Positions 13,790-27,254 of a DNA stretch of 64,000 nt are shown one piece after another. Where the stretch lies: NCBI GenBank assembly GCA_951804945.1, contig OX638158.1:32116001-32180000 (forward strand), read 5' to 3'. The notes beneath the pieces are model-generated. The model did not search any database. It was not told the origin of the DNA and saw nothing but the letters and a program-made list of their open reading frames with translations. The stretch is from Podarcis cretensis (lineage: Eukaryota). The translations under genes were made by a program, and so were the position numbers. Every line of letters starts with the position of its first letter. The first letter of the stretch is position 1.

Positions 13790-14470
13790 AAATAATGTTT
13801 TTCATTTATTCTTTATGGTACAGAAGATACATTTTGAGAAAACGACTGTTACAACAGTAAACAACAAATAACTTGATAAAACATGATAAAATTACAGACT
13901 TTTGACATGCTGTGTAATAAAGCTTCATTTGATTACTCTAAAAGATCACACCACATTTTCCCATGAGTGTTGGCTGGATTTCTGCCAGTCTGAACTATTT
14001 ATGTATTCAATAAACATTTGCCATAAGTTATAAAGGAAACAGGGGTTGTGTTTGCCCTTTGCTGCTCTGACCTGACATGTTAGTTCATCTGCCAATGCTA
14101 TTGACCGTACTTTGTTATACCAAGAATCAATGTTCAGTCCATTGCCAGTTTTCCAACATCTGGCTATTTCCATACAGGCACCAGTCAATAGAAAGCAAAG
14201 AGGTCATTGTTTGTTGTACACTGCATTGATATTTTAGATGATGGAGCCAGCTATACATATTTTATTATACAGTATAAATGAGAACTGATTTTCCAATGGC
14301 CTGAATGGTTCCATATTTCCTCCTCAGACCCAATCATCCTCTTATTTGTCTTCCTTTTAAATCAGCATTGACCTTTCCCATATCCAATATAAAATACAAT
14401 TTTCTCAGACATTTAATTGTGGGCCAGTTATGAGTCTCACTGAATTCTCTGCTTTTTTTCTTTTACTGCC
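13790..14470 (-). mobile_element. Old L1/Tx1-like 3' fragment
   Basis: Minus-strand peptide IARCWK…W…LWQMFIEY resembles L1-clade ORF2 ends, followed by an A-rich tail region; approximate. Confidence 0.45.
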
Positions 14471-15069
14471 CATGGCTAGTACCAAAAAGGGACTGAGTCT
14501 GAAGTTGTTAGACTTTAAGCAAACCAAGAAGGTGCAGCTGGTAGTCTAGGGTGCAGCATTTAGTCTGCTTGGCAGTCAGAACAACTAATTCCAAAAGAAC
14601 TATAAGTCAAAAAGTGTAGTCCAGCAAAGCTGCAAAATCAGTTCCTATGCATTATGTTCCTAAATAATAGCTCACATAGATCCTAAATAATGTATGTGAA
14701 ACTCCACTATGTGCCAAACCGTGGGCCAGTAGTATGACACAATATGGATACTAGTTCAGAACATCAACCCTATGGATGTTTCTGCTATGCCAGAAGGCGA
14801 CTCTTTCATTTGGTGAACTGAAGCCTGATTTAAATAAGTTGCCAGGCAAGTAAGAATGACCCTGTGAAGTGTCTCATGCACCTGGTGTCTTTTTTAAACT
14901 AGGTTGGCCTGCCTTGAGGTGCAGTGATAGCATGCCAGTGAGTGGACACCTCACTGGAGCACACTAGTATTGCATGCATAGAGGCTGGGGGGGGGATTAA
15001 AATGAGAGGTTGGATATGTGGAATGCCAGCTGCACAGGTAAATTCCTCTTGTTCTGGGCATAAAGGTAC

Positions 15070-15305
15070 TATTTTTGGTTTGTGTGCATTGTGAGCCTTC
15101 TCAGTAGTTGCACGTCCCTTATGCAATGCCTTCCCATCAGATGTCAAGGGAATAAACATCTATCTGAATTTTAGAAGGCAGCCGGTACAGAGAGGTTTTT
15201 AATGTTTCAGTTTTTTTGTGTTTTAATATTTTGTTGGAAATCACTCAGAGTGGCTGGGGCAACCCAGTCAGATGGGCAGGATATAAATACAAGAACAACA
15301 ATTAT
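15070..15305 (+). mobile_element. L2-type LINE 3' end
   Basis: Homologous to 11572-11710. Confidence 0.6.
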
Positions 15306-16269
15306 TACTGACTTCTATTGGATAAATATAATATATATATATTTACTGTTAAAAGGTTCAAGTAAAGTTTTGGAGATAGATTAAGGTCTAGGCAAATTGC
15401 CTAGGGGGCAGTGCTGGAGAGAAGCTTTAGTCTCGTAAGTACTGTAAAGTTTGGCTAAATTCAGTTTTATTTACATTTGGGGCAGCTTCTATATGCATTT
15501 GCATGTTCTCTGTTAATAATAATATGATTTGCCCAGGCTTGCCCAAAATAAGGTCTATGATTACAGCTCCTTCAGTGTGAACTCACTTGGAATAATTGTG
15601 CAGGGTTAATGCACAGCTGAACTGAGCACTGAATACTTGCTGCGGAATCACGCTTTGCTCTTGATTATAATCACACTGAGTTTAGGAAATTAAGAAAGCC
15701 AATTTTATTAAAGGGAAAACATACCTGATAGGAAATATCCTTTCTTCTGTCTAACTAAGATGGAGCTACAAAGAACCATTCCTGCTCTTTGTTCTCAGCA
15801 AGAGAGACATACAAAGATGTCTCTTCTCCCAAGGTGAAAAAGAAAATGAGGAAAGAAAGCCTGAGAGTATCAGTCTAACACCTGATGGAAGGTCAGCACA
15901 GTTAAAAGAACATCTCTATGACGTTTCAAGGTTCCTCTCTCTATATTTTCTCCTATGCAGACCCACCAGTCTTCCATACAAGTTGAGTTTCATTCTAAAA
16001 CTTCCCACACGACTGAACACTTTTTGTCTGTCAGCCCATTCCCATTCTCTTTGTGACAACAGCTTTGATCTCCACAGCCCCCTCAATAATGGGGTTGGGA
16101 GAATGTTGCTTGTCCTTTTCCTGGATTCAGAGGAACATCCTGTGCAAGTGGTACTTGTTTTTCTTCCCAAGCTGTTGCAGTTAGCCTGCCATTCAAGGAT
16201 CACTAGAAAACACGAAGATCAACAAAATACACATTAGAAGCAGGAAAGTGGCTAGAAAGGAATAAGGGA

Positions 16270-16830
16270 GAGAAAAGTGTGCTAAGGGAGGAAAATGAGA
16301 ATGAATTCAGCAGAGAAGCTGAATGAATTATTTGCATCTATTTTCATGGTGGAAGATGTAGGGCAGATCTGATCATCTGAACCAACTATAGCAGGATGAG
16401 AGTCTGAGGAACTGAAGCAAATAGTACTAACAAGAAATGAAGTTCTAGGCCATATGGACAATTTAAAATTCACAAATTGCCGGGTGCAGATGGTATCCAC
16501 CTGAGAGTTCTTTAAAAACTCAAATGCTGATCTTCTAACAAAAACATATACTTTGCTCCTAACATCAGCCTCCATACCTGAGGACTGAAAAGTGGTCAAT
16601 GTGACACAATTTTTAAAAATGAGAACCAAGGGGATTCTGGTAATTACAAGATTGCTAGCTTAACATCTGTTTGGAGAAAGCTTTATTAAAGCTAAAATTA
16701 CCAAGCATATGGAAGAACAGTTCTTGCTGAAGCAGAGGCGGCATGGCTTCTGCAAGGGTAAGAAGTCCTGTCTCGTTAAGGAATATGACGAAACATATAG
16801 AGATGATCCAATCAGCATTATATATTTAGA
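16270..16830 (+). mobile_element. Degenerate CR1 ORF2 (RT N-terminal) fragment
   Basis: Remnant motifs PGxDGIHxRVL, PEDW, NYxxxSLTS and HGFCKGKSC with frameshifts; boundaries approximate. Confidence 0.75.
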
Positions 16831-17239
16831 CCACTGGTTCTCAAAGGTTGTGGTGTGCCACACTGGTGTGGCAGGAGAGGATGGCAATATGGCAGGAAGA
16901 TTCAAAGATAATCAGTATTTTATTTAGGGAATGATTTGTGTTCTTATGTAGCTGAATTGTTTTATACTTTCTGGATGTCCCCTGATCATATTATAAACTA
17001 GTTGTGTTCTATGTTACAAATCAAGCACTGCCATGAGGTGTCTCTCCCCATGTATTTCTTACACACACAAAAATCGCTGGTGCAAACAACTTTTTATCTG
17101 AAAGTGTAGCCCAGAGAAAAAAGTTTCAGAACCACTGTGCTATGGAATTTATTCCCACGAGATGTGATGACTTGGGTGACTTTAAAGGAGGATAATGGCT
17201 ACTAGCCTGGATGTCTATGTTCTTCTACCTTTGCTGAGG

Positions 17240-18230
17240 TGGTCGATCTAGCACCACCTTTCTCACTTCTGAAGGGAGCTCAGAAGAGCATCTGAGGAAG
17301 ACCTTAATATCTGGGTAGGTTCATGCAGTCCTTCTGGTATCCCAGTGCTAAGCTGTTTAAGGGCTATAAACATAAAAACCATGTGCTTGGCAATTGATTG
17401 TTAACTAGTTCAGTTGTTTTGAGACTGCTGGGATGTGATCCATTCAACCAGCCAATTACGCATCTTGATGTAGTATTTTGTACTAATTTAAGTTTCTAAG
17501 TATTCGGCAAAGGCAGAACCACATATAGTGCATTACAGTAGTCAAACCTGGATGTTTCCATAACATAACTATGGCTAGAAGTCATTTGGGTCTCTAAATA
17601 TAAGACCAAATCTATCAGCACTGCAGATTGTCGTCTGAGTACAACCCTGCCTAGGAAAGGCTAAAGAACACCATATAAACTAGATGAACTGCCTACCAAT
17701 AGAAACTGCACCTGAGTTTCAGTTCATTGGCCTTTATCCAGTCCATGGCTATCTCCAAATACCAGCTTACCGCTTTTGCAGCCTCATCTGATCTCTGATG
17801 AAAATGATAAACTGATCTGTGTGTCGTCTGCAGAGTGATGACGCACCTTGTTGCAAATCTCCAGATGACATGTGCCCTGGTTATGATGTTGTCCTTGTGC
17901 ACTAGAATATGCTAGGTGCTGATGTTGTGTAGAAATCTTATTACCACTAATCCTATTAGTCTGAACTCCAGATTTCATGTTGAGGGATAATTCTTCTCTC
18001 AGCCATTTTGTAAACAGTTGAAAACAGCAAGCCTTCAGTGGGATTTCAATGTCGCCAGTCCCAGCAATGATGATGTCCAGTTGGACCTTCCAGATAGAAT
18101 GCAGAAGTGGCTGATGGTGGAACAGATCACTGGAGGAAATTGATGCAGGAGAAAACCACGGTCTAACTTTAGGGACCATGGTTTCTTTAGTAGCAATATA
18201 CCTTAGGACATGGATTCTCAAGCTTTCTAC
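17240..18230 (-). mobile_element. Degenerate L2-type LINE RT fragment
   Basis: Minus-strand peptides ADDTQISLSF (YADD motif) and WIKANELKL; boundaries approximate. Confidence 0.7.
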
Positions 18231-18990
18231 TCCCAGGGCTTACTTGAGATGGCTGAAAATCACTGAGGCCCACAAACTACAACATGGTGATGCAGGAGCC
18301 AAGCAAAATCCAAAATAGTGGCAGGTGGAGGTAAAGTTTGGCATAATCAACTGGCAGTTACTATTACTTTCTACTGATATCTAATCCATTTTTTGAAATT
18401 GCTAAATTCTTTGCCTTAGCTTTTTCCTTGTGGCAAGCAGTTCCATAATTCAGCTTTTCTCAAGCTAAGTAAGAACAGTTGCCATGGATGTATTGTGACT
18501 CAGCCACTCCATATTAGGAAGAATTTGCTGATCCAGTGGCTTTAAGTGAAAAGGGTTTTTCCACACTCAACTTGTACCTTATCCCACCAGATTCAAAATG
18601 TTCAGTGTGCTTTGCCCCTTCTCACTGATCCTTTTGCATTCACCTCTTCCTCCTCTAACAGCTCCCCTCTCTTACCACCTTCCATTCTAATCCCAGGCCA
18701 GTGAGGAGGCACTGAACAGGCTGTGGCACCAAGAGCCACCTGAAAGTGGCCCTTGACTCATTGCTGGGTCCCAGCCTTGTTTGAGAAACACACCGCCCAA
18801 GGAAATTCACCTGTCTCAAGCTGCCTCAAACTACCCTAGAAGCTTTACTAGCCATAAATATAATAAAACAGCTTTCTATGCTTGACTGTAATTAGGTAGA
18901 CAATATTGTGACTCCTGTTGCAGACCAATACTATGTAAGCCATACTGTACATGAACCAAACAGTACCCATTTGTAAAAGTAGCAAAATAA

Positions 18991-19156
18991 TGTATTTTTC
19001 TGTTTATAAGACACCCCCATGTATAAGATGCCCCCTATTTTGGGGGACTCCTATTTAAGAAAATGGGGGGAGATGTATCCGTGTACAAGACGCCCCCCCA
19101 ATTTTTGACATTATTTTTTGGGGGGGAAACCTAGTCTTATACACGGAAAAATACTG
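18991..19156. mobile_element. Tc1/mariner-superfamily MITE
   Basis: Inverted ends GTATTTTTCTGTTTATAAGAC…GTCTTATACACGGAAAAATAC, followed by TG-TA; internal TATAAGAC repeats. Confidence 0.7.
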
Positions 19157-20386
19157 TATGTCCTTTTTTATGCCTTCATAATTATTTACATTTATGGTGG
19201 TGTCAGGGTGGTTACATGCAATCCTGCTTTCAGTATTGCCCTGCAAAAGCTTCTGGTTGGACATAATGCAATATAGTGGGCAAAAATGCGTAAACATTAC
19301 ATATATTAGAAAACAAACTCACTTAAAAATGCTGATCAATTTTCATGAGGACTTTTTTGTATGTAAATGTAGTGAAGCAAAATTAAGACTGGAAAAATGA
19401 GAAACAGGTTACATGCATATAAAAAGTAGAAATTTAAAACATATTTATATTACAACAAGGATTTTCAGTTAATCTCCAGTTTGCTTCTGCCCACTGGAAG
19501 AAGAGAGGCTTGCAACTATGAAAATAAAGGTCTTCTCTTGACTTTATATACCTCTGCTTGCTTGCTTCTATTGCAAACAGCAGGTGGCTTTAGACTGTAC
19601 TCTGTTCTATTGTTTCTGAAAAGTCTTCAGGAAGCGAGTAGGGACACTTATGGCTGCAATTCTCTACTCACTTTGGAGTAAATTCCACTGACCGCAGTCA
19701 GACTTACTTCTGATTAGGCACTGGCTTTCACTGTAAATTATTTTTAATTTTTTCCCCTGCCAAACAGCACTTAAGCTGATTTACAGAAAGCAAATAATAC
19801 AAACTAACAATACATATACTGTAATACATACACATAAAGCAAATACATATATGAAACACTAGGTACACACTAATAGCCACATAATAGTTCTGAACCCAAA
19901 AGCTTGATGAAGAAAGGTTTGCTTGAAAACCTCAGGTGATTTGGCCTGTCACATCTTTTTGGCAGGAAAGTGCCATAACACTTAATGCCACTAGTGGGAC
20001 CTAAATTCAAGATCTTAATTCCCAAAGGGGTGGACACAAAGGAAGGCATTCCCAGCTCTAGAAATTTAGGTCCGCAGACTTTTAGGCATGCTCTGAGATG
20101 AATTTTACAAGCACATTTGATGCTAGTGTGTCTTCCAAGATTCTAGTACGGTTCAGAACTTCTAGATTACCGGTATATTAATTTGTTTATTCCAACAATG
20201 GGTGAATTAAATTTTTCATTCACAATTCATTATGTGAACTGAATTGTAATTATACGAATTGTTTGTTGTTTCCGACTGTCAATATGTACCTATTATTGCT
20301 TAGTTTGGCTCTAGTGCACTCCTACCCAGTGGAGGCTGGGGTCCACTGGGATCTGCAGGGCGGAAGGCAAGGAGGCCAACAGTATA

Positions 20387-20628
20387 CAGTAGTACCTCAG
20401 GTTAAGTACTTAATTTGTTCCGGAGGTCCGTACTTAACCTGAAACTGTTCTTAATCTGAAGCACCACTTTAGCTAATGGGGCCTGCTGCTGCCGCCGTGC
20501 CACGAGAGGCTGATTTCTGTTCTCATCCTGAAGCAAAGTTCTTAACCTGAAGCACTATTTCTAGGTTAGCGGAGTCTGTAACCTGAAGCATATGTAACCT
20601 GAAGTGTATGTAACCTAAAGTACCACTG
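20387..20628 (+). mobile_element. pogo/Tigger-like MITE (242 bp), family A
   Basis: TA-CAGTAGTACC…GTACCACTG-TA; interior matches the other copies. Confidence 0.9.
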
Positions 20629-20632
20629 TATA

Positions 20633-20998
20633 GACGCAGGTGGCGCTGTGGGTTAAAGCCTCAGCGCCTAGGGCTTGCCGATCGAAAGGTCGGCAGTTCG
20701 AATCCCTGCGGCGGGGTGCGCTCCCGCTGCTCGGTCCCAGCGCCTGCCAACCTAGCAGTTCGAAAGCACCTCTGGGTGCAAGTAGATAAATAGGGACCGC
20801 TTACCAGCGGGAAGGTAAACGGCGTTTCCGTGTGCGGCTCTGGCTCTGGCCAGAGCAGCGATGTCACGCTGGCCACGTGACCCGGAAGTGTCTCCGGACA
20901 GCGCTGGCCCCTGGCCTCTTAAGTGAGATGGGCGCACAACCCCAGAGTCTGTCAAGACTGGCCCGTACGGGCAGGGGTACCTTTACCTTTACCTTTAC
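20633..20998 (+). mobile_element. Sauria SINE (tRNA-derived)
   Basis: Pol III A/B-box-like head (GTGGCGCTGTGGGTTAAA…GCAGTTCGAATCC), Sauria core AAGTAGATAAATAGG and (ACCTTT)n tail. Confidence 0.9.
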
Positions 20999-21037
20999 CA
21001 CTGTTCCCACCACTGGTGTTTAAAGCCAGGTGCATAT

Positions 21038-21376
21038 AAAAGTTAAAGGTAAAGGACCCCTGAAAGTTAAGTCCAGTCGCAAATGACTCTGGGGTTGCGG
21101 TGCTCATCTCGCTTTACAGGCCGAGGGAGCTGGCGTTTGTCCGCAGTTTTTCCAGGTCATGTGGCCAGCATGACTAAGCTGCTTCTGGCGAAACGAGCAG
21201 TGCATGGAAATGCCATTTACCTATTTATCTACTTGCACTTTGACGTGCTTTCGAACTGCTAGGTTGGCAGGAGCAGGGACCGAGCAACGGGGGCTCACCC
21301 TGTCACGGGGATTCAAACCACCCACCTTCCATTTGGCAAGCCCTAGGCTCAGTGGTTTAGACCACAGTGCCACCCG
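21038..21376 (-). mobile_element. Sauria SINE, minus strand
   Basis: Reverse complement of the same family with an internal deletion; flanked by direct repeat GTGCATAT (21030-21037 and 21376-21383). Confidence 0.88.
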
Positions 21377-21999
21377 TGCATATGGCATTAGCTAAATCCA
21401 GTCTGTTGAGAAATACTCCTGTTTGATACGCTTTCCTTCCTTGAACAGTTGTTCAGAGAATTCCAGGGACAAAGAAAATTACGTAATGTGCATTGGGTGT
21501 AGACACTCTGGCCCTGTCTCTGATGTGTGCAGCGAACACTACTTGAAACACAGTGGGGAGAGAAACGACCCTTTTGCCTTTTTAAGCCATGGGGGGGCAT
21601 ACATACCCTATTTGAAAAGGTTTTATTTAAATGGATTTCTGTATCGCTGTACTTTTACAAAATATGGCAAGCTCTTTTGCAGGTAACTGCTTCAAAAAGT
21701 GGAGAATAAGTTATTTAAATATGACAGAAACTTCCCACTGACAACCTTCCTTGGAGGTTTTTAGTTGGATGGCTATCTGCCATGCATGGATGCTTTAGCT
21801 GAGATGCTTCCATTGCACGGGGATGGACCCCCGGGGTCCCTTCCAACTTTACGATTCTCTGACAATGGGTGGATGCTATTTTTAAACGAAGTTCAGAGGC
21901 GTATGGGTGTGTATGGTAGGTGAAAGAACAAACTGTGCGTGTTCCTGTTTTCCTGCAGAGGGTGTGAGGGGCTGCCCCTTTTGGAAGCCTCATTGTTGT

Positions 22000-23200
22000 T
22001 GCTGCTGTTCCTGCTGTGAATGCGCTTGCTGGCCTCCAATTCGGCGAGCTTTGTGACCTCTAAAGACGCCAAGCTCCTCTTTCCGGGGCTGCCCCGCTGG
22101 GCCCCCTCCGCCGTCCCGGCACCCCTTTGGTCCCCTCATCTTCCACTCCCCCTCCTTCCCACGCAGGTGAAAAGGGCTCCGCCGCCTCCCTCGGCTGGTT
22201 ACCCTGGCGCGCACCCTTCGCTTCAAGGCTCACTTAAGGTCAGAGCCGCGGGTGCGCGCCGCGCGCAAAGCAATAGGCGTCTCGGCGGCATACCCGCCAG
22301 CGCGTGGGGCGGGGCCCCCATGCTAATGAGAAACTCACCCCTCCGCTACACGTGCCTGGCGGCCAGCCCCGCCTTCCCGGAGGCCCTAGCCAATCGCAGG
22401 GCGCAGAACGTGAGGGTGGCGACGCTGGGCTCATGAATAGTAAAAGCGCCTCGGGGCCCCCCGAAGAAGCCGCCGTCCGGAGCGGCGCACGCGCAGTCGT
22501 CGTCGTCAGTGTCGAGTGGTGGCGGGTCGGCCCCTCCCTCTCGCTTCGCGGGCGCCCCCTCAGCTGGCCTCGTTCGCTCGCCGCTCTCAGGGCCTTCACG
22601 GGGAGGGTGGGGGTGTCTCGGAAGCCGCCGCCCGCCGCCCGCTTGGTTATAGTATGTCCAGCCGTGCCGCGCACCAGGAAGCGGCGGGGACCGCGGGAGC
22701 CGCGCAGCAGGAGCGGGGCCTGGCGGGCGCCTTCCCCTTGGTGTTGAAGAAGCTGATGGAAAACCCGCCGCGGGACACGCGCCTCGGTGAGGGCGGCGGC
22801 GGCGGCGGGAGCGCGGGGGGCTCCGGGCAGGGCGGCCGCTGCGGAGCGAGCCGGAGGGTTGGAGGGGAGCGGCGCGCGCAGAGTCGCATCCATTTTGCGG
22901 CGCTCTGGCGCCCCGGTTTGTCCTTCGCCTGCCATGATCCGGGCGGCTTGTTTACGCGCCTGAGACGAGCAGCACCAGCCCCTCCTGCCCGCTTACGAGG
23001 GAGCAAGCCTCGCCGTGCAAACGTGCCTCGGGTGGCACCGCAAGGGGTCGTGGCGGAGGAGGCAAAACAACGGCTCCTCCCGCAGCGTTGAGGGGCCGAT
23101 TTGATATCCCGTTTCACCATAACCACAGTGGCAGCGTGGCTGCCAAAACTGCACACGGAAAGGCCAGGCGCTCTCTTCGCTGCGCCGCCCTTCCCGATCC
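22000..23200 (+). promoter_or_regulatory. TEF proximal promoter/CpG island (exon 1b)
   Basis: Very GC/CpG-rich. GC box near 22307, E-box CACGTG 22349-22354, CCAAT 22390-22394, E'-box AACGTG 22407-22412, and TTAAGGTCA nuclear-receptor half-site 22234-22242. Confidence 0.85.
22654..22786 (+). CDS. TEF: TEF alternative first coding exon 1b (proximal CpG-island promoter)
   Basis: [44 protein letters not shown] contains the TEF/VBP motif [14 protein letters not shown]. Donor CTCG|gtgagg, phase 1. With exons 2-4 it gives 897 nt = 298 aa + stop. Confidence 0.95.
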
Positions 23201-25290
23201 AGAGAAACGATCTGGAGACAACAGATGGGGATTTCATCAGGGCTTCAAGCGAATATTCTTTGCAAATATTCAAGGTTGAGTTGCGTGGGGGGAAGTGAGG
23301 GGGAGGCATTTGCCCTGGTTGTTTTGATGCTTCGTGGTATTCCGGAGATGGAGGTGCTCCTGATTAACGTAAGCATGCATACGTGTTCTGGAACCGCCCT
23401 TCCCAAGTGACACACCTGCATGCACATTTCTCCATCAACATTCCAAGATGGATGTGAATGTAAATTTCGTTTTGTAGATGTGGCAAGGATGGCTGACCTG
23501 CATTTGTCTCTTGCAATTCACCTGGTTCCACAACACCTGGATGGATGGTAGATTTTTACTCATGGTAGATAAGAAGAAAATCTACAATGGACAGTTTGCT
23601 AACCTCAGTAGTAAATGTTAGCCTTCCTCCAGTTTTGGACGTTCACTGGAGCCCTGCTTTTATTTTCTCAAAGCTCCCTGGTTTCTAGTCTAGGTGATAA
23701 AATTCCTTCCCTGTGCAGAAGGTCTGGAGTGCTGTAGATTTGACACTCAAAATAATGGACACCCAAAAGTATGTGATCTTGTGTATTGGGTGAAGCATGC
23801 AGCGTGGCTTTGTTTAAAATCTTATGGGAAGGTGGTTCTTTTATTACTTGAAATACTTAATGCAAAGTAGATGCTCCAGCATTGTGCCTGCTGCAGCCCT
23901 TTCCTAATTCTTGCCGTTTATTTTCTATTACTGTAATAAAACTTTTTACATCTACATACGTTTTCAGAAGTCAACTGATTTTCCTAAGTCTTTTTTCTTT
24001 TCTTTTTTAATCATTTCAGTTAAAGCAAAGGAGAAAAACATAAAAACAAGTATCATGCATACATACTGTTACAGACTAAATATGGTAGCATAAGTGGCTG
24101 ACAACATTTGAGCAGAATTATTAAAATTCTACTTTATGCAAACCCTCTTCTCCCCTTTCACCACCACTTCAGCCAGCCAAACAAGCTTTTTTTAATAGGT
24201 TGTCCAAAGAGGGGCATTATTTTGCAAATGGGTTGTTTCAGATCTAATGTTTGTGTGTGCACAGTTGCTATATAAGAGTCCACACACTCTGGGTTTTTTC
24301 AGTCACCATATTAATTATTGTTGCACTTCTTGATGTCCACACCAGTAGGAAAAGTTTGGCAGAAAATATTCTGGGTTAGTTTGAGAACCACTGTATTATA
24401 TATCCTAGAGCTGTCTTCCAGGTTTTCACAATTTCCTGTATGGCCACCACTAATAAAAAAATGATAAGATCCATGTACAGAGCCTGTCTCCATGTCACTA
24501 AACATTGACAAATGTTTTTCCCCCTTTTATTGTTTTTGGATTGCAATTTTATATATTGAAAGTAGGTCCCATTTAACACATTGAGGCTTATTTCTGAGTA
24601 AACATGCAAACAATTGCACTGTCAAAGAAACATGTTAAAATGCTTTGCCATATGTTGATCACATATAAACTTCTAAAATGTAACATGGCAGTAGTAGCTG
24701 GGAAGTTAGAATGTTTATCTTCATGTGATTTACTAACACTATGTGGACATGTCTTGCCTTTTAGGACAGTTACACTTTTACAGCTTATCTGCCACATCCT
24801 CACTGGTGACTGGATGTAAACATATAAAAGGGAAATGTATGTCTCCAAACATGCAGTGGATATGAGTCAGCCAGTTGTGGCTTCTTAGTGCATGTTTATC
24901 ATAGCATCAAAGACAGACAAAGTAAACACTCACTTTGGTGAAACCATAGTACACTACTTAGAATCCAGGGTTTTAACGGTCTTGCTGTGAGTTGAGGGGC
25001 TGGAGTTTGGCTGTGAACATAGATATTTATAGTTATGTGCTGAGTGTGCACACCAACGTTCATTCTGATAGCTTAATCTCAAAGTCCAGTGTTGCATTTT
25101 GTGCATAATTGCTACCCCCATTTGAAAAGGGATGTTTCTAATCTTAAATGGTTCTGTACTGGCACCTATCATGTGCCTTCTGATAAGTGTATTGGGCCAC
25201 GATATTGTTGAGTAATTGAGTGGTGTATATGTTTGAACCACGATTATAATTCTCCATAAGATTAAAACCATCATTTCATTTTACATTTAG

Positions 25291-25617
25291 ATAAAGAGAA
25301 GAAGGAAAAACTTGAGGAAGATGAAGCGGCAGCTGCTAGTACAATGGCAGTCTCTGCCTCCCTCATGCCTCCCATCTGGGACAAAACAATTCCTTATGAT
25401 GGGGAGTCTTTCCACCTGGAGTACATGGATCTGGATGAGTTCCTGTTGGAGAATGGAATCCCTTCCAGTCCTACTCACTTGGATCTGAACCAGAACCCAC
25501 TGCTGCCTGTGGCTGAGCTGGAAGGAAAAGAACCTGCCAGTGTTTCTGCTGCTACCACCCCACTCTCATCATCTTCCACAGTGGTTTTCCAGCCATCAGA
25601 AACTACCACAAGTGCAG
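25291..25617 (+). CDS. TEF: TEF exon 2 (transactivation domain)
   Basis: Acceptor ttacatttag|AT. Translates (D)[57 protein letters not shown]...; donor GCAG|gtatgt, phase 1. Confidence 0.98.
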
Positions 25618-27254
25618 GTATGTGTAATGATGCCAATCTGAATATTTCGTAATCAGAAAATCAATAGGATATATTTGCCTGTTGTGCTTTAATGCTTTTT
25701 CATTTAAAGTGGAGATGGATGGTTAAAACAGCTGTAGCAAATAGGCTTAAACTTGTCTGTGTAACTTGCATTGCTTCTGCAGTATAGCTCATTATCACTG
25801 CTAGTGCATTGCTTTTACACTACATCAATACAGCGGCCCTGCCTAAGTGACTTTTTGGTGCCCCCCCCCCCCCCATGAATGAAAGTATCGTTAGAACTAG
25901 AGCTCCGCTGCATTAATTGTGCTTCTGGAACCTTTGCACAGAGACATACCCTAACGTTGGGATAGTAGTGTAAGTCTGTTCTAAGCTTTAAATGAGCTGT
26001 ACTTTCAGACAGAGCATGCTCTTTTACAAAGCCTGTGTGTGTTTGTGTTTTTTGTCACAACAGGTAGCTTAATAAATGGTTGCTGGGAGATGTATGTGGA
26101 ATATGGAACTATTATCTGAAAATGTGCAGAGTCCCAGTCATGATTGCTACACCCAAACATCTTCTGACCAATAGACATATTTTTTCACAAGTCCGAGTTC
26201 TCTTCTTCGTAGATTACCATCCAGACAGCAAAGAATAGCAAAATGTTATCCTTCACATGACGAAACAGAGCACATTAATACCCTGCATGTCTGGCTATCT
26301 GCTTTGGCAGACGTGATGTTGAGGGGAATTGTTTTTCTTGAAAGCATGAATTTGTTAGCTGTTTTCATAAGCAGTTAATCTTATTTGACAGATGAACAAG
26401 ATATATCTATCTATCTTAACAGGATTGTCTTTACCCTCTTCCTGTAGTTTTACTGCATACAAGCTGGTACACAGTTTGGGGTAGTTAACACAAGAAGACT
26501 GCAGATGCTGGCTTCTGGGAATGACCCCATCTGTCCCGGATTCAAAACAAATTCTTAATGGATTGTTAATAGGATGTTAATTGGGATTAATAGCCTCCTC
26601 CGCACTCACTCACAGGCGCACTCATACCTGTCTTTTGTATGGGACTCCAACCAGGCTGGGGCAGTCCTGTGGCTTGACATTAGAAGAAGGAATGTACTTT
26701 TTTGTTTTGCTGTCAACCTTTCAATTGGCTGCTGTCCAGGTTTCCTTGCATATCTTAGGTGCATTTCCGAAATACCATGGATTGATGTGGTTTTTTTTTT
26801 TTTTTGGTTTTTTTTTTGGTGAGTTAAATTAGCTAGGTGACCTGTTAACTGACCTTAAATTGATTGTATCCCAGCTCCTGCTGCAAGTATCAGGGTGTTT
26901 TGGTGGGATGAAATGGGTGCACTAACTCCTGTCACAACAGCACAGCCTTAAGGCTGCTTTATAGTGATTTTATCCCTGTGGTCTTTTAATTACCCTAATT
27001 AACTAAAGTCAAGGGTTTGTAACTAAAATCACACATTCTTCCCTTGCCTTCTTCCTTCCTCTCCCATGGGTGTCGCCTTTGTGTCTAGATTTAGACCAGA
27101 AGTCTCTTGGGGTGAGGACATGTCATATCCTCCTTTGTAAAGTGCCATGTACATGGGGGGCGTTAAATAAAGGGGGGCTGCTTTTGACCCTTTGGTTTCC
27201 TTGTTGCTATGTTCCTCACACTGACTTCCTATTTCAATTTTTTTTCTTTGCCAG

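Noticed and set aside
15590-16070. Possible solo LTR
   Set aside because: Could not define TG…CA ends with a TSD.
20633-20720. tRNA-like A/B boxes
   Set aside because: Head of a Sauria SINE, not a tRNA gene.
22020-23309. Long overlapping ORFs (138-231 aa) on both strands
   Set aside because: By-product of the GC-rich CpG island. Only 22654-22786 matches TEF and has a proper donor.
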